A stretch of 64,000 nt of DNA, from NCBI GenBank assembly GCA_963733055.1, contig CAVTBR010000001.1, positions 32,001 to 96,000 on the forward strand. Reading direction: 5' to 3'. This stretch comes from Candidatus Bathyarchaeota archaeon (GTDB taxonomy: Archaea; Thermoproteota; Bathyarchaeia; 40CM-2-53-6). Below, piece after piece: positions 28,428-38,407 of the stretch. Every line of letters begins with the position of its first letter. Within the stretch, counting starts at the first letter, position 1. Position numbers and translations under genes: made by a program. The notes below the pieces were generated by a model, which made no database searches, was not told the origin of the DNA, and saw nothing but the letters and a program-made list of their open reading frames with translations.

Positions 28428-29381
28428 TTGAGACGGGATCTGGCCGTGCAGCAGAGAAGCAACAGGCACTCATTAGCCGTCTGGTACGTTGCGCTTAGGC
28501 CATTTACCTATCCGGCGTCAATCGTCCCCGTGCTTGTGGGTTCTGCCGTGGCTTGGTATAGGGGACACACGGATTTGGTTCTCTTTCTGCTCACCCTGTT
28601 CGGGTCCGTAGCGGTGCAGGCGGGAACGAACTTAGCCAACGAATATTTTGACTATGTGCAGGGAGTTGATAGAGCGGACTCTTTGGGTCCCGCCGGCGTA
28701 ATTCTTGGAGGAAAACTCAGACCAAGGCAAGTGCTCTGTGCAGCAATAGTGGCTTTTGGTTGTGGTACGATCGCTGGTGTGTATATAGCCGCGCAAGTTG
28801 GATGGATCATCCTAGTTCTCGGAGTAACGAGCGTTCTGGCAGCCTGGTTCTACACTGCGAAACCTCTCTCGCTGGGTTACAGGGGCCTTGGGGAGCTGGA
28901 GGTTTTCGTATTTATGGGTCCCGTCACGGTTCTCGCGAGCTATTACGTTCAAGCCAGAAGCCTCGCCTGGAGCCCCCTGCTGCTCTCTCTCCCCGTAGCT
29001 CTTCTAGTAACCGCCATTCTTCACGCTAACAACCTGCGAGACATTGTGCAAGACAACGAGCGACATCGAATTACTTGGGCAGTGCTGGCGTGTAGATCTT
29101 GGGGTATGGAGCGAGGCAGGATTTTTTCCCGTTTCGTCTATTGCGCGATGCTGGCGGGAGCCTATATGATCTTAACTGGACTTGTTGCGACACATGCCGC
29201 CCCTCTACCGACGCTCTTGACGTTCCTTACGATCCCGCAAGCATATTGGCTCATTCGGTTTGTGGCTTCGGGAGTCGAAGGCAAGGCACTCAGCCGCGCT
29301 GTTCGAGGCACGGCACGCCTCCAGATGTCATTTGGCGTGACATTGACTGTTGGGTACTTACTTGCTATGTTGATGCGCTAA
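28428..29381 (+). CDS. menA: 1,4-dihydroxy-2-naphthoate prenyltransferase
   Basis: RPFT, NEYFDYVQGVD, LGYRGLGE, ANNLRD; multiple TM helices. Confidence 0.92.
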   Translation: MRRDLAVQQRSNRHSLAVWYVALRPFTYPASIVPVLVGSAVAWYRGHTDLVLFLLTLFGSVAVQAGTNLANEYFDYVQGVDRADSLGPAGVILGGKLRPRQVLCAAIVAFGCGTIAGVYIAAQVGWIILVLGVTSVLAAWFYTAKPLSLGYRGLGELEVFVFMGPVTVLASYYVQARSLAWSPLLLSLPVALLVTAILHANNLRDIVQDNERHRITWAVLACRSWGMERGRIFSRFVYCAMLAGAYMILTGLVATHAAPLPTLLTFLTIPQAYWLIRFVASGVEGKALSRAVRGTARLQMSFGVTLTVGYLLAMLMR

Positions 29382-29612
29382 CCAAACATTTAGAGTAGGC
29401 ATTGATTCGTTTGGTGAAAGTTTCTCTTCTAGTGAATCAATTCGACCGCTCAGAAAACGCATACGACTGACAAGAAATCAAAATTGGTCAACGATGAAGA
29501 GCGTAATTGTACACTCAATAGTATTGGAATCGCCAAATTCAAATTGTCATAGTCAGGAACCATCGGTAACCCGTTTATCACCAGCCCTAAGCTCAGACGT
29601 AAACGGGTTGAA

Positions 29613-32279
29613 ATGGCCAGTATCGAGAAGATGCTAAACCCCAAGACAGTCGCGGTGATCGGGGCTTCTGAGAGCGAAGGATCGATTGGACAATCTCTGA
29701 CCAAGAACCTGTTGCTGGGAAGAGACCACAGGAAAATCTACCCCGTGAACGTAAACCGGGAAATGGTCATGGGCCTGAAGTGTTACCCATCAGTATCCAA
29801 GATACCAGAGCATGTCGACTTGGCTGTTATTGCCACTCCTGCAAGAACTGTTCCATCTATAGTGAGCGAATGTGCGAAGGCTGGCGTGGATGGCGCCGTT
29901 ATTGTTTCAGCGGGTTTCCGTGAAGTCGGAACGGCTGGGGCAAAGTTGGAGGATGAGATCAAGCAAATTCAATCGGCGCATGACATTCGAATACTAGGAC
30001 CAAACTGTGTGGGCGTGGCGAGACCGCAGATCGCCCTCAATGTCACATTCCTCCGAGACAACCCTCAACCAGGCCAGATCGCATTCATATCTCAGAGCGG
30101 CGCGCTAGGCTCTGCGATAGTAAACTGGGCCGTAAGTACAGGAATAGGGTTCAGCATTTTCGCTTCCCTGGGTTCTACACTGGACATCGATTACGGGGAC
30201 ATGATCGATTATCTTGGGGAGGACCCTAACACTAAGAGCATCATCGTTTACATGGAGGGCGTCGGAAACGCCAAGAAGTTCATGAGTTCGGCAAGAGGCT
30301 TTGCACGTACAAAACCGATTATCGTAATCAAAGCCGGAAGAAACGCCGCTGGCGCAAAGGCGGCTTCGTCGCATACCGGCGCACTTGCGGGTGACTTCGC
30401 CGTTTACGAAGCCGCCTTCAAGAGAGCTGGAGTTGTGATGGTTGATGAGATTGGAGACCTCTTCAACTGCGCTACCGTCTTGGACTCAAGGTTTCTTCCC
30501 GCGGGCCCGAACTTAGCCATCGTCACAAACGCCGGAGGGCCAGCGGTGCTAGCTGCTGACTCAGTCGTCACTCATGGCGGACAGCTGGCTCAGTTGTCCG
30601 ATGAGTCCATGAAAATATTGAATGGAGCCCTCCCGCCATACTGGAGCCGAGGAAACCCCCTTGACATACTAGGGGACTCTGATGTTTCTAGGTATGAGCT
30701 CGCTGTGAAAACGTGCATTGCGGATCCGAATGTCGATGGACTCCTTGTAATCTACACCCCTCAGGGAACGACTCAACCCACCCAACTTGCCGAAGCGGTT
30801 ACAAAAATCGCTGCAGACAGACGTAAGCCAATGCTTACGGTCTGGATGGGCGAGAGCAGCGTCAGAGAAGCCCGCGAGATATTCCATCGAAACGACATAC
30901 CTACTTACTCAACGCCTGAGGAAGCGGTGAAGACCTACGCATACATGTACCAATACCGACGAAACCTAGACCAACTCTACCAAACTCCCCAGGAACTACG
31001 CGTGGACTTCTCACCGCCCAAGAGCCATCTCAAACTCATGATCCGAAAGGCGGCGAAGACCCGAAAAGCCCTAACTCAACCCGAAGTAGATCGGTTCCTC
31101 GATGCCTACGGGATTCCAAGGGCAAAGGGATCCATAAGCAAAAGCGCGGACCAGGCGGCAATGATCGCCTTAGACATCGGTTTTCCGGTAGCGCTAAAGA
31201 TTTCTTCCGAGGACATTCTTCACAAAACAGACATTGGCGGAGTCGTCACCGGCCTTAGCTCAGCCCAAGCGGTCAAGGACGCGTATAAGGCAATTATCGA
31301 GAGGGCGCACAAAGCGAAACCTGAAGCTAAAGTCGACGGCGTCTACGTGCAAGAAATGGCATCTGCGATAGACTATGAACTTATCCTCGGCTCGAAAAAA
31401 GACAGAGACTTTGGATCGGTTATTCTATTCGGAATGGGCGGGACCGCAGTCGAACTCATTAACGATGTGTCGATCGGACTTGCGCCCCTGAATCAAATTC
31501 TGGCCCATCGAGTCATGGAAGAGACAAAAATCTACAGAGCTCTTACCAAAGGCCTTCGGAACAAGAAAGCCATAGACCTACAGCCCCTCGAAGAGATTAT
31601 GGTGCGATTCTCGAATCTGATTGTGGATTTTCCTGAAATTGCTGAAATGGACATCAACCCACTCATAGCTAACAACGGCAAATTCATCGCTCTCGATGCA
31701 AGAATGATAATCGACCCTAGCGCGCTCAGCCGGGCCGAAGCCTACCCACACCTAGTAATCACTCCCTATCCCTCTAAGTATGTTGTCCCATGGAGATTGA
31801 AGGACGGCACCGAGGTAACTCTGCGGCCCATAAAACCCGAAGATGAACCCATCGAACTTGAGTTCATACGGGGCTTGTCGACGGAAACGAGCCGATTCAG
31901 GTTCTTCCAAATAATCAAGGATCTACCACACGACGCCCTCGTCCGTTTCTGCAACATCGACTACGACAGGGAGATGGCCATCATCGCCGAAGCCCGAGAA
32001 GGAAATCGAACAGTGGAGATTGGAGTAAGCCGCCTAATTCTGGAACCCAACAAGAAACGGGGAGAATTCGCCGTCGTGGTTGCTGACAAGCATCAAAGAA
32101 AGGGGCTTGGGATTAAGCTGGTCGATATGCTGATTGATTTCGCTAAGGAGAAGGGCATTGAGACTATTTATGGAACGGTGATGGCGGAGAACATAGGTAT
32201 GATACGGCTCTGCGAGAAACTTGGCTTCTCCACTCGAAGAGAGCAGGAGAACACGATTGCAGAGCTAAAGCTAACCTGA
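29613..32279 (+). CDS. ADP-forming acyl-CoA synthetase-like/GNAT fusion (Pat/PatZ-type)
   Basis: CoA-binding N-terminus, GPNC, SQSGA, SHTGALAG, ATP-grasp HKTDIGGV, C-terminal GNAT (QRKGLG). Confidence 0.9.
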   Translation: MASIEKMLNPKTVAVIGASESEGSIGQSLTKNLLLGRDHRKIYPVNVNREMVMGLKCYPSVSKIPEHVDLAVIATPARTVPSIVSECAKAGVDGAVIVSAGFREVGTAGAKLEDEIKQIQSAHDIRILGPNCVGVARPQIALNVTFLRDNPQPGQIAFISQSGALGSAIVNWAVSTGIGFSIFASLGSTLDIDYGDMIDYLGEDPNTKSIIVYMEGVGNAKKFMSSARGFARTKPIIVIKAGRNAAGAKAASSHTGALAGDFAVYEAAFKRAGVVMVDEIGDLFNCATVLDSRFLPAGPNLAIVTNAGGPAVLAADSVVTHGGQLAQLSDESMKILNGALPPYWSRGNPLDILGDSDVSRYELAVKTCIADPNVDGLLVIYTPQGTTQPTQLAEAVTKIAADRRKPMLTVWMGESSVREAREIFHRNDIPTYSTPEEAVKTYAYMYQYRRNLDQLYQTPQELRVDFSPPKSHLKLMIRKAAKTRKALTQPEVDRFLDAYGIPRAKGSISKSADQAAMIALDIGFPVALKISSEDILHKTDIGGVVTGLSSAQAVKDAYKAIIERAHKAKPEAKVDGVYVQEMASAIDYELILGSKKDRDFGSVILFGMGGTAVELINDVSIGLAPLNQILAHRVMEETKIYRALTKGLRNKKAIDLQPLEEIMVRFSNLIVDFPEIAEMDINPLIANNGKFIALDARMIIDPSALSRAEAYPHLVITPYPSKYVVPWRLKDGTEVTLRPIKPEDEPIELEFIRGLSTETSRFRFFQIIKDLPHDALVRFCNIDYDREMAIIAEAREGNRTVEIGVSRLILEPNKKRGEFAVVVADKHQRKGLGIKLVDMLIDFAKEKGIETIYGTVMAENIGMIRLCEKLGFSTRREQENTIAELKLT

Positions 32280-32304
32280 AACACAAGCAATCCAGAACGC
32301 GTGG

Positions 32305-32589
32305 TTACTTCTTCTTAACCTTCGACACGGCGAAAAGGATAACCCAGACTATAACCGTCCAGATTACGATATCGAGGATTAGCCGCAGGGGACGAACGAC
32401 CCAAGGGAAGTATTGAGGAGCAACCACCATCATCTCCAACCAGGCGAAAGGATATCCATAGTAAACGGCCCCCATCAACATCTCAGGCGTGTTGTTGAAC
32501 AGGGCGGTTACGAGTGTTACTATGACTCCACCGACTACTGCGAAAATTACCATCTTCATGCTAGACTTCAACGACTCTACCTCGGCCAA
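32305..32589 (-). CDS. small membrane protein
   Basis: Two hydrophobic helices around YYGYPFAW. Confidence 0.65.
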   Translation of the reverse strand: MAEVESLKSSMKMVIFAVVGGVIVTLVTALFNNTPEMLMGAVYYGYPFAWLEMMVVAPQYFPWVVRPLRLILDIVIWTVIVWVILFAVSKVKKK

Positions 32590-32672
32590 CCGTAGGTTTC
32601 CTGGAACCCATATTTAGACACTACCCGAAATATGCGATGGAATGGTAGCCTAAGAGGGCTGAATTGTTGGTA

Positions 32673-32765
32673 TGGTGGGCCCGCCCGGATTTGAACCGGG
32701 GATCTTCGCCGGTCTCACTCAGGAGATGTGAGGGCGACGTCTTGGCCAGGCTGGACCACGAGCCC
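32673..32765 (-). tRNA. tRNA-Val(CAC) with 15-nt intron at 37/38 (32712-32726), encoded CCA
   Basis: GGGCTCG/CGGGCCC acceptor stem, GGTTCAAATCC T-loop, TCGCC/GGCGA anticodon stem, bulge-helix-bulge. Confidence 0.95.
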
Positions 32766-32927
32766 GAGACAACGAGTTCGGCAACCTGTTCCTCTAACCC
32801 TTGAAGCTTGCGGAATCCTTGGACCGCTCGCTTCGATGCCGGTAATCGTTAATCTTCGAGTCTCTGAAATACGCCACTACATAAGACTCAGGTCTAGGGT
32901 CTTGAACATGTTTGGTAGGGCTGAACA

Positions 32928-33956
32928 GTGCAAGCCGTAATTATCCAAGGGAAAGGAACGGTTCAGATTCAGAACCTCCCTACCCCTGCGATAAGTTCCG
33001 ACGAGATTCTCGTGTCAATGCGAGCGTGCGGGATCTGTGGGACTGATATCGAGAAGGTTCATGGCGAGCATATTACACCGCCAATTCTCGGACACGAAGT
33101 GGCCGGGGTAGTCGAGAGGGTTGGAACAGAGGTCCAAGAATTCGCTGTTGGTGACCGGGTTGTAGTACATCATCACGTATCGTGCAGCCACTGCTATTTC
33201 TGTAAGAATGGTCTCGAAACGCTTTGCGAGGAATATCCGAAAAGCAACCTCGACCCTTGCGGGTTTGCTGAGTATTTCAGGGTTCCAAAGGCACTTATGA
33301 AAGGCGGAACCGTGCACAAGTTGTCCGATTCCATGAGTTTTGAGGAAGGGTCACAGGCGGAACCCACTGCATGTTGCATCAGGGCGCTCCGTAAGTCAGG
33401 GGTATCGGCTGGGAATAGTGTCGCGATTTATGGTGTGGGCCCGGTTGGTCTGACCCATGTACAACTTCTGAAGTGTTTCGGGGGTGGACCTGTGTATGCA
33501 ATCGATGTGATCAAGAAGCGTAGGGAGTTCGCCACTAAGTTGGGCGCGGATTCGGCATTTGATCCTATGACAGACGATGTCCTTAATGCAATTTCCCATT
33601 TGACTGGAGGCCTTGGGGTCGATTACGCGATTGTTGCAACCGCCAACTTGAAAGCATTAGAATCAGCGTTTACCACAGTTCGTAAGGGTGGGACGGTTCT
33701 TCTGTTCGGTGCTCCTACACGGGGCGCATTGATGTCATTAGACATGAGTAAGATGTTTCTCCGAGAGGTGCGCTTTCAATCGAGTTACTCAACGTCCGAA
33801 ACTGAAATGCGAATGGCATTGCAACTAATCGAGAACAAACGTGTGAAACCATCCGTGACTATTACAGATAGGTTCCCTCTCTCTCGAGCAATAGAAGCGC
33901 TTGGGCTCGCGGACAAAGCCAGTGAGGCTGTCAAGATAGTAGTTGAGAATGAATGA
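32928..33956 (+). CDS. Zn-dependent polyol (MDR) dehydrogenase
   Basis: CGTD, GHE, CxxCxxC..C structural Zn, GVGPVG. Confidence 0.92.
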   Translation: MQAVIIQGKGTVQIQNLPTPAISSDEILVSMRACGICGTDIEKVHGEHITPPILGHEVAGVVERVGTEVQEFAVGDRVVVHHHVSCSHCYFCKNGLETLCEEYPKSNLDPCGFAEYFRVPKALMKGGTVHKLSDSMSFEEGSQAEPTACCIRALRKSGVSAGNSVAIYGVGPVGLTHVQLLKCFGGGPVYAIDVIKKRREFATKLGADSAFDPMTDDVLNAISHLTGGLGVDYAIVATANLKALESAFTTVRKGGTVLLFGAPTRGALMSLDMSKMFLREVRFQSSYSTSETEMRMALQLIENKRVKPSVTITDRFPLSRAIEALGLADKASEAVKIVVENE

Positions 33957-34017
33957 AGAATTGCGAAGCTCACATTAGTGCAGGGGCTTAATATCGCCTA
34001 ACCGGCAGGGTTTACGT

Positions 34018-35080
34018 ATGGCAAATAGTATGCTCGCAGTTAGGTTCTACGAACCCGGCGTCCTCAAAGTGGAACAGGTACCCGTTCCTGAACCAGAGCC
34101 GGGAGAGTTGATTGTGAAAAGCGCGGTTGCGTTGACCTGCGGAACAGACGTTAAGATGTACAAACGCGGGCATCTGCTCGCCAAACCACCCCAAATCATG
34201 GGACATGAATTCGCCGGAACAGTGTCCGCGGTAGGAAAGGATGTCGCAAACTTTAGCGTTGGAATGAGAGTGGTCGCAGCAAACTCAGCGCCTTGCAATC
34301 AATGCTTCTACTGCCTCTTGCACCAACCCAACCTATGCGAGCATTTGAATGAAAGCTTAATTGGGTTCACCTGGCCGGGAACATACGCTGAGTACGTGAG
34401 GATTCCGGCGAGAATAGTTCGGCAAAACACGTTTCAAGTGCCGGATAGTGTGCCACTTGAGAGCGTAGCGAGTCTAGAACCTCTGGCGTGCGTAGTTCAT
34501 GGCTGGGATCTAGCCAAAGGGTTCCCTGCTGGAGGAACGGCAGTAATCATCGGTGGTGGACCAATCGGCCTCCTTCATGCCCAACTCGCGCGCCTCAACG
34601 GTGCACGTCATGTGGCATTGTGTGACGTCGTGTCAGATAGGTTGAAGGAGGCGGAGGGAGTAGGAGTGGACGTGACGATAAACTCGTCAACTGAGGATCT
34701 TGTAGCGAGGGTCCGTGAACTTACGGAGGGCAAGGGGGCTGACACGGTCGTAGAAGCGGTTGGTCGACGCAGAAACTTGGGACGCGGCTCCTGGTCTAGC
34801 CAGAAAGGGCGGGACCGTCTTGCTATTCGGAGGTTGCGCATCTGGAACCACCGCTTCGTTCGAAGCCGAGAAGATTCACTATGGGGAACTGCACATCCAA
34901 GGCTCATTCCACCACACACCTTCCTCGGTTGAACACGCCTTTCGGCTAATAGTGTCGGGGCGTGTATCGATCAAGCCACTGATTTCCCACGAGATGCCAC
35001 TAGAACGAGCTGAAGAAGCTCTACAACTTATGGGAAGCGGAAAGGCATTGAAAATTGCACTGCGCCCACCGGCAAAATAA
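34018..35080 (+). CDS. second Zn-dependent polyol dehydrogenase, +1 frameshift near 34768
   Basis: CGTD, GHE, GGGPIG in first ORF; C-terminus (RKGGTVLLFG...LKIAL) continues in another frame. Confidence 0.85.
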
Positions 35081-35118
35081 CCTCCAACACTTCCAATCTG
35101 TCACTCAGGTGGATTGCG

Positions 35119-36285
35119 TTAGAGTAATCCTTCTGGCTCCTCTAGGTTACGTTTCACGTCCCTGAGGAACTTCGTGGCTGGGACGCCGTCGATAATCCGA
35201 TGATCGAAAACTAATGTCAATAGTGTCGATGGTCTCGCGGATACTTGACTTCCATTAGCGAATGGTTTGTAAGCTATCCGGCCGAGCCCGAGAATTGCAC
35301 ATTGGGGCGGGTTTATGACTGGTGCGAATGATTCGATGTCGAACCCACCGAGGTTGGTTACGGTGAATGTGCCGCCGGTCAGGTTCTCGATTGTTAGCCG
35401 ATTCTCACTGGCTTTCTTAGCGAGCTCCTCAATAGTCGAGCTAACCTCCCTTAGAGATAGTTTGTCAGCATTTCTGACGACCGGCGCCACTAAGCCCTGT
35501 TCGGTGTGTATCGCTACCGCGACGTTGACATCTGAGTAAGTTGTAACTTCGTCGCCTTCTATTGTTGAGTTGACATCATGGTGATCACCCAAAGCTTTTG
35601 CAACCGCCTTTACTCCGAAGGCCGTAAACCCAACGTGGCTCTGCTTTTCTTTCATCGCCATTAACTTCGTGGCGTCCGCTTCGACGGTGATTGTAACCGG
35701 GACGACGGTTCTCGCACTAAACGAGAGCCTTTCAGCGACAACCTTTCGGACGCCGGCAAGTTTCGTCTTCTTCATTATGGCCGGTTGGGGAATTCTTGAG
35801 ATCGTTTGGGGGGCCTGCGAGGAAGGGTCACCCTGTTTTGCGGCGAGGATGTCCTCCCGAGTTATTCGGCCCCCGGGGCCAGTTCCCTTTAGGGAGGTCA
35901 AGTCGAGACCGTATTCCTGGGCCAACCGGCGTGCGGCGGGGGATGCTACTACTCGGTCTGAGAGGGGTCCATGACTTGGCGTGGTTGAAGATGGTTCTGG
36001 TCTCGCTTGCTCGGTTCTAGCGGGCGACACTTGCCGAGTTGTTGTTGATCCAGGTTCTCCGATGATTGCGATTGGCTCGGCAACTTGGATGTCGGTCCCG
36101 ACGGTTGCTAGGATCTTGGTCAAGGGTCCGGTGTCGGGGGCTTCAACTTCGAAGGTGGTTTTCTCTCCTTCGACAACGAGTATGGGTTCCCCTTTCCTAA
36201 CCAACTCGCCTTCTTTCTTCAGCCATTCAACGATCTTGCCGGATTGCATTCCGGGATCGAGGCGCGGCATTACAACTTCGGTCAA
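35119..36285 (-). CDS. dihydrolipoamide acyltransferase E2
   Basis: Lipoyl domain (VEGEKTTFEVEAP), ASPAARRLA binding domain, DHRIIDG. Confidence 0.93.
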   Translation of the reverse strand: MTEVVMPRLDPGMQSGKIVEWLKKEGELVRKGEPILVVEGEKTTFEVEAPDTGPLTKILATVGTDIQVAEPIAIIGEPGSTTTRQVSPARTEQARPEPSSTTPSHGPLSDRVVASPAARRLAQEYGLDLTSLKGTGPGGRITREDILAAKQGDPSSQAPQTISRIPQPAIMKKTKLAGVRKVVAERLSFSARTVVPVTITVEADATKLMAMKEKQSHVGFTAFGVKAVAKALGDHHDVNSTIEGDEVTTYSDVNVAVAIHTEQGLVAPVVRNADKLSLREVSSTIEELAKKASENRLTIENLTGGTFTVTNLGGFDIESFAPVINPPQCAILGLGRIAYKPFANGSQVSARPSTLLTLVFDHRIIDGVPATKFLRDVKRNLEEPEGLL

Positions 36286-36291
36286 GATGGA

Positions 36292-37278
36292 TCACTTGCC
36301 CAGTAGGGTTTGGACGGCATGGATGACGCTTTCAGCGTTTGGCATGTATTGTTGCTCGAGGGGTGGGGAGAATGGGATTGGCATGTCTGGGCACGCGACT
36401 CGCGTAATTGGTGCGTCTAAATAGTCGAACGCGGTCTCGGTGATTGAAGCCGATATCTCCGCACCCACGCCACCTCTCTTTACATCGTCGGACGCGATAA
36501 CCAGTCTGGAAGTTCGCTTGACTGACTCAACGATCGTTTCAAGGTCGAGCGGCTGGATGGTTCTCACGTCTATGACTTCGGCTGAGATGCCCTTATCATC
36601 TAGTTTCTTCGCTGCTGCTAGGGATTCACCTACCATTCTCGAAACGCCTACGATCGTGACGTCGTCTCCTTTCTTTTTCACGGCTGCTTTTCCTAGAGGA
36701 GTTAGGTACTCCTCCTCGGGGACCGGTCCCTTTGTTCGGTAGAGTAGCCCACTCTCCACGAAGAGGACTGGGTTGGGATCTCGGATTGCTGACTTTAGCA
36801 GACCTTTAGCGTCGCTTGGGTCTGCGGGCAACGCCACTTTCAACCCCGGAGCCTGCAGAAACCAAGCGGGGGTGAATTGTGAGTGTTGCGATCCGTGTTG
36901 TCGGCCGAGGCTGTATTGGGTTCGCAAGACCATCGGAACCTGAAGCTGGCCTCCGCTCATGAAACGCATTTTTGCGGCTTGCGTAGACAATTGATCCATG
37001 CAAATCGGGAGGAAATCCATGTACATGATCTCCGCTACAGGCCTCATACCCGCCAGCGCCAAACCTACTGCCGCTCCAGTGATGGCGGCCTCGGAGATTG
37101 GGGTGTCTCTAACACGTTCGGGCCCGAATTCGTCGAGCAAACCCCTAGTAACCTTGTAGACACCGTTGAATACGCCGATTTCTTCCCCTAAGAGTATGAC
37201 GTTCGGATCTCGGATCATCTCTTCGCGGAGCGCTTCACGGAGGGCGTCGGCATATGTGAGTTCCTTCATCCGTATCAC
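36292..37278 (-). CDS. 2-oxoacid/acetoin dehydrogenase E1 beta
   Basis: DTPISE, RPVAEIM, QHSQ, DAKGLLKSAIRDPNPV. Confidence 0.93.
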   Translation of the reverse strand: MIRMKELTYADALREALREEMIRDPNVILLGEEIGVFNGVYKVTRGLLDEFGPERVRDTPISEAAITGAAVGLALAGMRPVAEIMYMDFLPICMDQLSTQAAKMRFMSGGQLQVPMVLRTQYSLGRQHGSQHSQFTPAWFLQAPGLKVALPADPSDAKGLLKSAIRDPNPVLFVESGLLYRTKGPVPEEEYLTPLGKAAVKKKGDDVTIVGVSRMVGESLAAAKKLDDKGISAEVIDVRTIQPLDLETIVESVKRTSRLVIASDDVKRGGVGAEISASITETAFDYLDAPITRVACPDMPIPFSPPLEQQYMPNAESVIHAVQTLLGK

Positions 37279-38294
37279 TTTGAGTAGACGTAGTTTCCGA
37301 TCTCGCTGAATGGTAACGGTGAACCTTGCATGGCGAACTTAACCGAGTCTTCGATTTCCTGTTGCGTTGCCCTGTCGACTTCTGCAACTTCCGCAGTTGT
37401 TATTATCTTCTGGTCTTGGAGACGCTTCTTGAATGTAAGAATGGGATCGCGTTCGAGCCATTTCGCGACTTCTTCTTTGGGGCGGTACTCTCCTTTGTCA
37501 TAAACGCCGTGGCCTTTCATCTTGTAAGTTAGGCATTCAAGGAACGTTGGGGTAGAGTCTCTGCGAGCTTTTTCGGCTGCTGACTTGGTCGCGGCGTATA
37601 CCGTCACAACATCATTTCCGTTGACAACTGTCGTTTCTATTCCGTAGGAGCGGGCTCGCTCGGCGATGCTTGGGCTTGATACGCTCTTCTTTACGTTGGT
37701 AGACATTCCGTACTGATTGTTCTCGCAGAACAGTAGAACAGGTAGCTTCCAAAGGGCGATGAGGTTTACGCCCTCGTGGAACTCGCCCGTGTTGCAGGCG
37801 CCGTCGCCGAAGAATGTGGCCGCAATCTGTTTCGTCTTCCTTTGCTTGAGGCCGAGTCCAATCCCCGCAGCAATTGGTATTCCGCTACCGACTATAGCTG
37901 TGGCGTAAATGGAGCCAGTTTTAGGGTAGATTGCAACGTGCATCGAGCCGCCTAACCCTTTGCAGTTACCAGTTGATTTTCCAAAGAGTTCTGCCATGCA
38001 GAGGTTGGATGGTACGTCCTTGGCCAAAGCGTGGCCGTGGCCACGGTAGGTGGTTACGGTTAGATCATTGGGCTGAAGAGCCATCATCGCGCCTGTCGCA
38101 ATCGCTTCCTGGCCTAGGTACAGGTGAGATGGTCCTATCAATAATCCTTTGACGATGAATAGTTCTTCGACTTTCTCCTCGAACTTTCTAATAATGAGCA
38201 TCTTCCTGAGCATTTCACGCAACAGGTCTTTCGTTAGACCGTACTTTGCGTAGTCGTTTTGCGGTACTTCTTGTACTTCGGTTATGGTCGCCAT
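37275..38294 (-). CDS. 2-oxoacid/acetoin dehydrogenase E1 alpha (TPP)
   Basis: HLYLGQEA, YRGHGH, GGSMH, GDGA...ENN TPP motif. Confidence 0.93.
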   Translation of the reverse strand: MATITEVQEVPQNDYAKYGLTKDLLREMLRKMLIIRKFEEKVEELFIVKGLLIGPSHLYLGQEAIATGAMMALQPNDLTVTTYRGHGHALAKDVPSNLCMAELFGKSTGNCKGLGGSMHVAIYPKTGSIYATAIVGSGIPIAAGIGLGLKQRKTKQIAATFFGDGACNTGEFHEGVNLIALWKLPVLLFCENNQYGMSTNVKKSVSSPSIAERARSYGIETTVVNGNDVVTVYAATKSAAEKARRDSTPTFLECLTYKMKGHGVYDKGEYRPKEEVAKWLERDPILTFKKRLQDQKIITTAEVAEVDRATQQEIEDSVKFAMQGSPLPFSEIGNYVYSK

Positions 38295-38407
38295 TTCTAT
38301 CTCAGCTGGTCAATATTTGCGGGCTGGTTCTTTAGCCATTCTCCGTTTCGGTTCGTTCAATCAATTTCAAGTTCGTGGATGGAACTCATTCTTGGCAGAT
38401 GTTCGTC

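Noticed and set aside
32673-32765. tRNA-Val as an integration site
   Set aside because: No duplicate of the tRNA end or adjacent integrase seen; the intron is a canonical 37/38 BHB intron.
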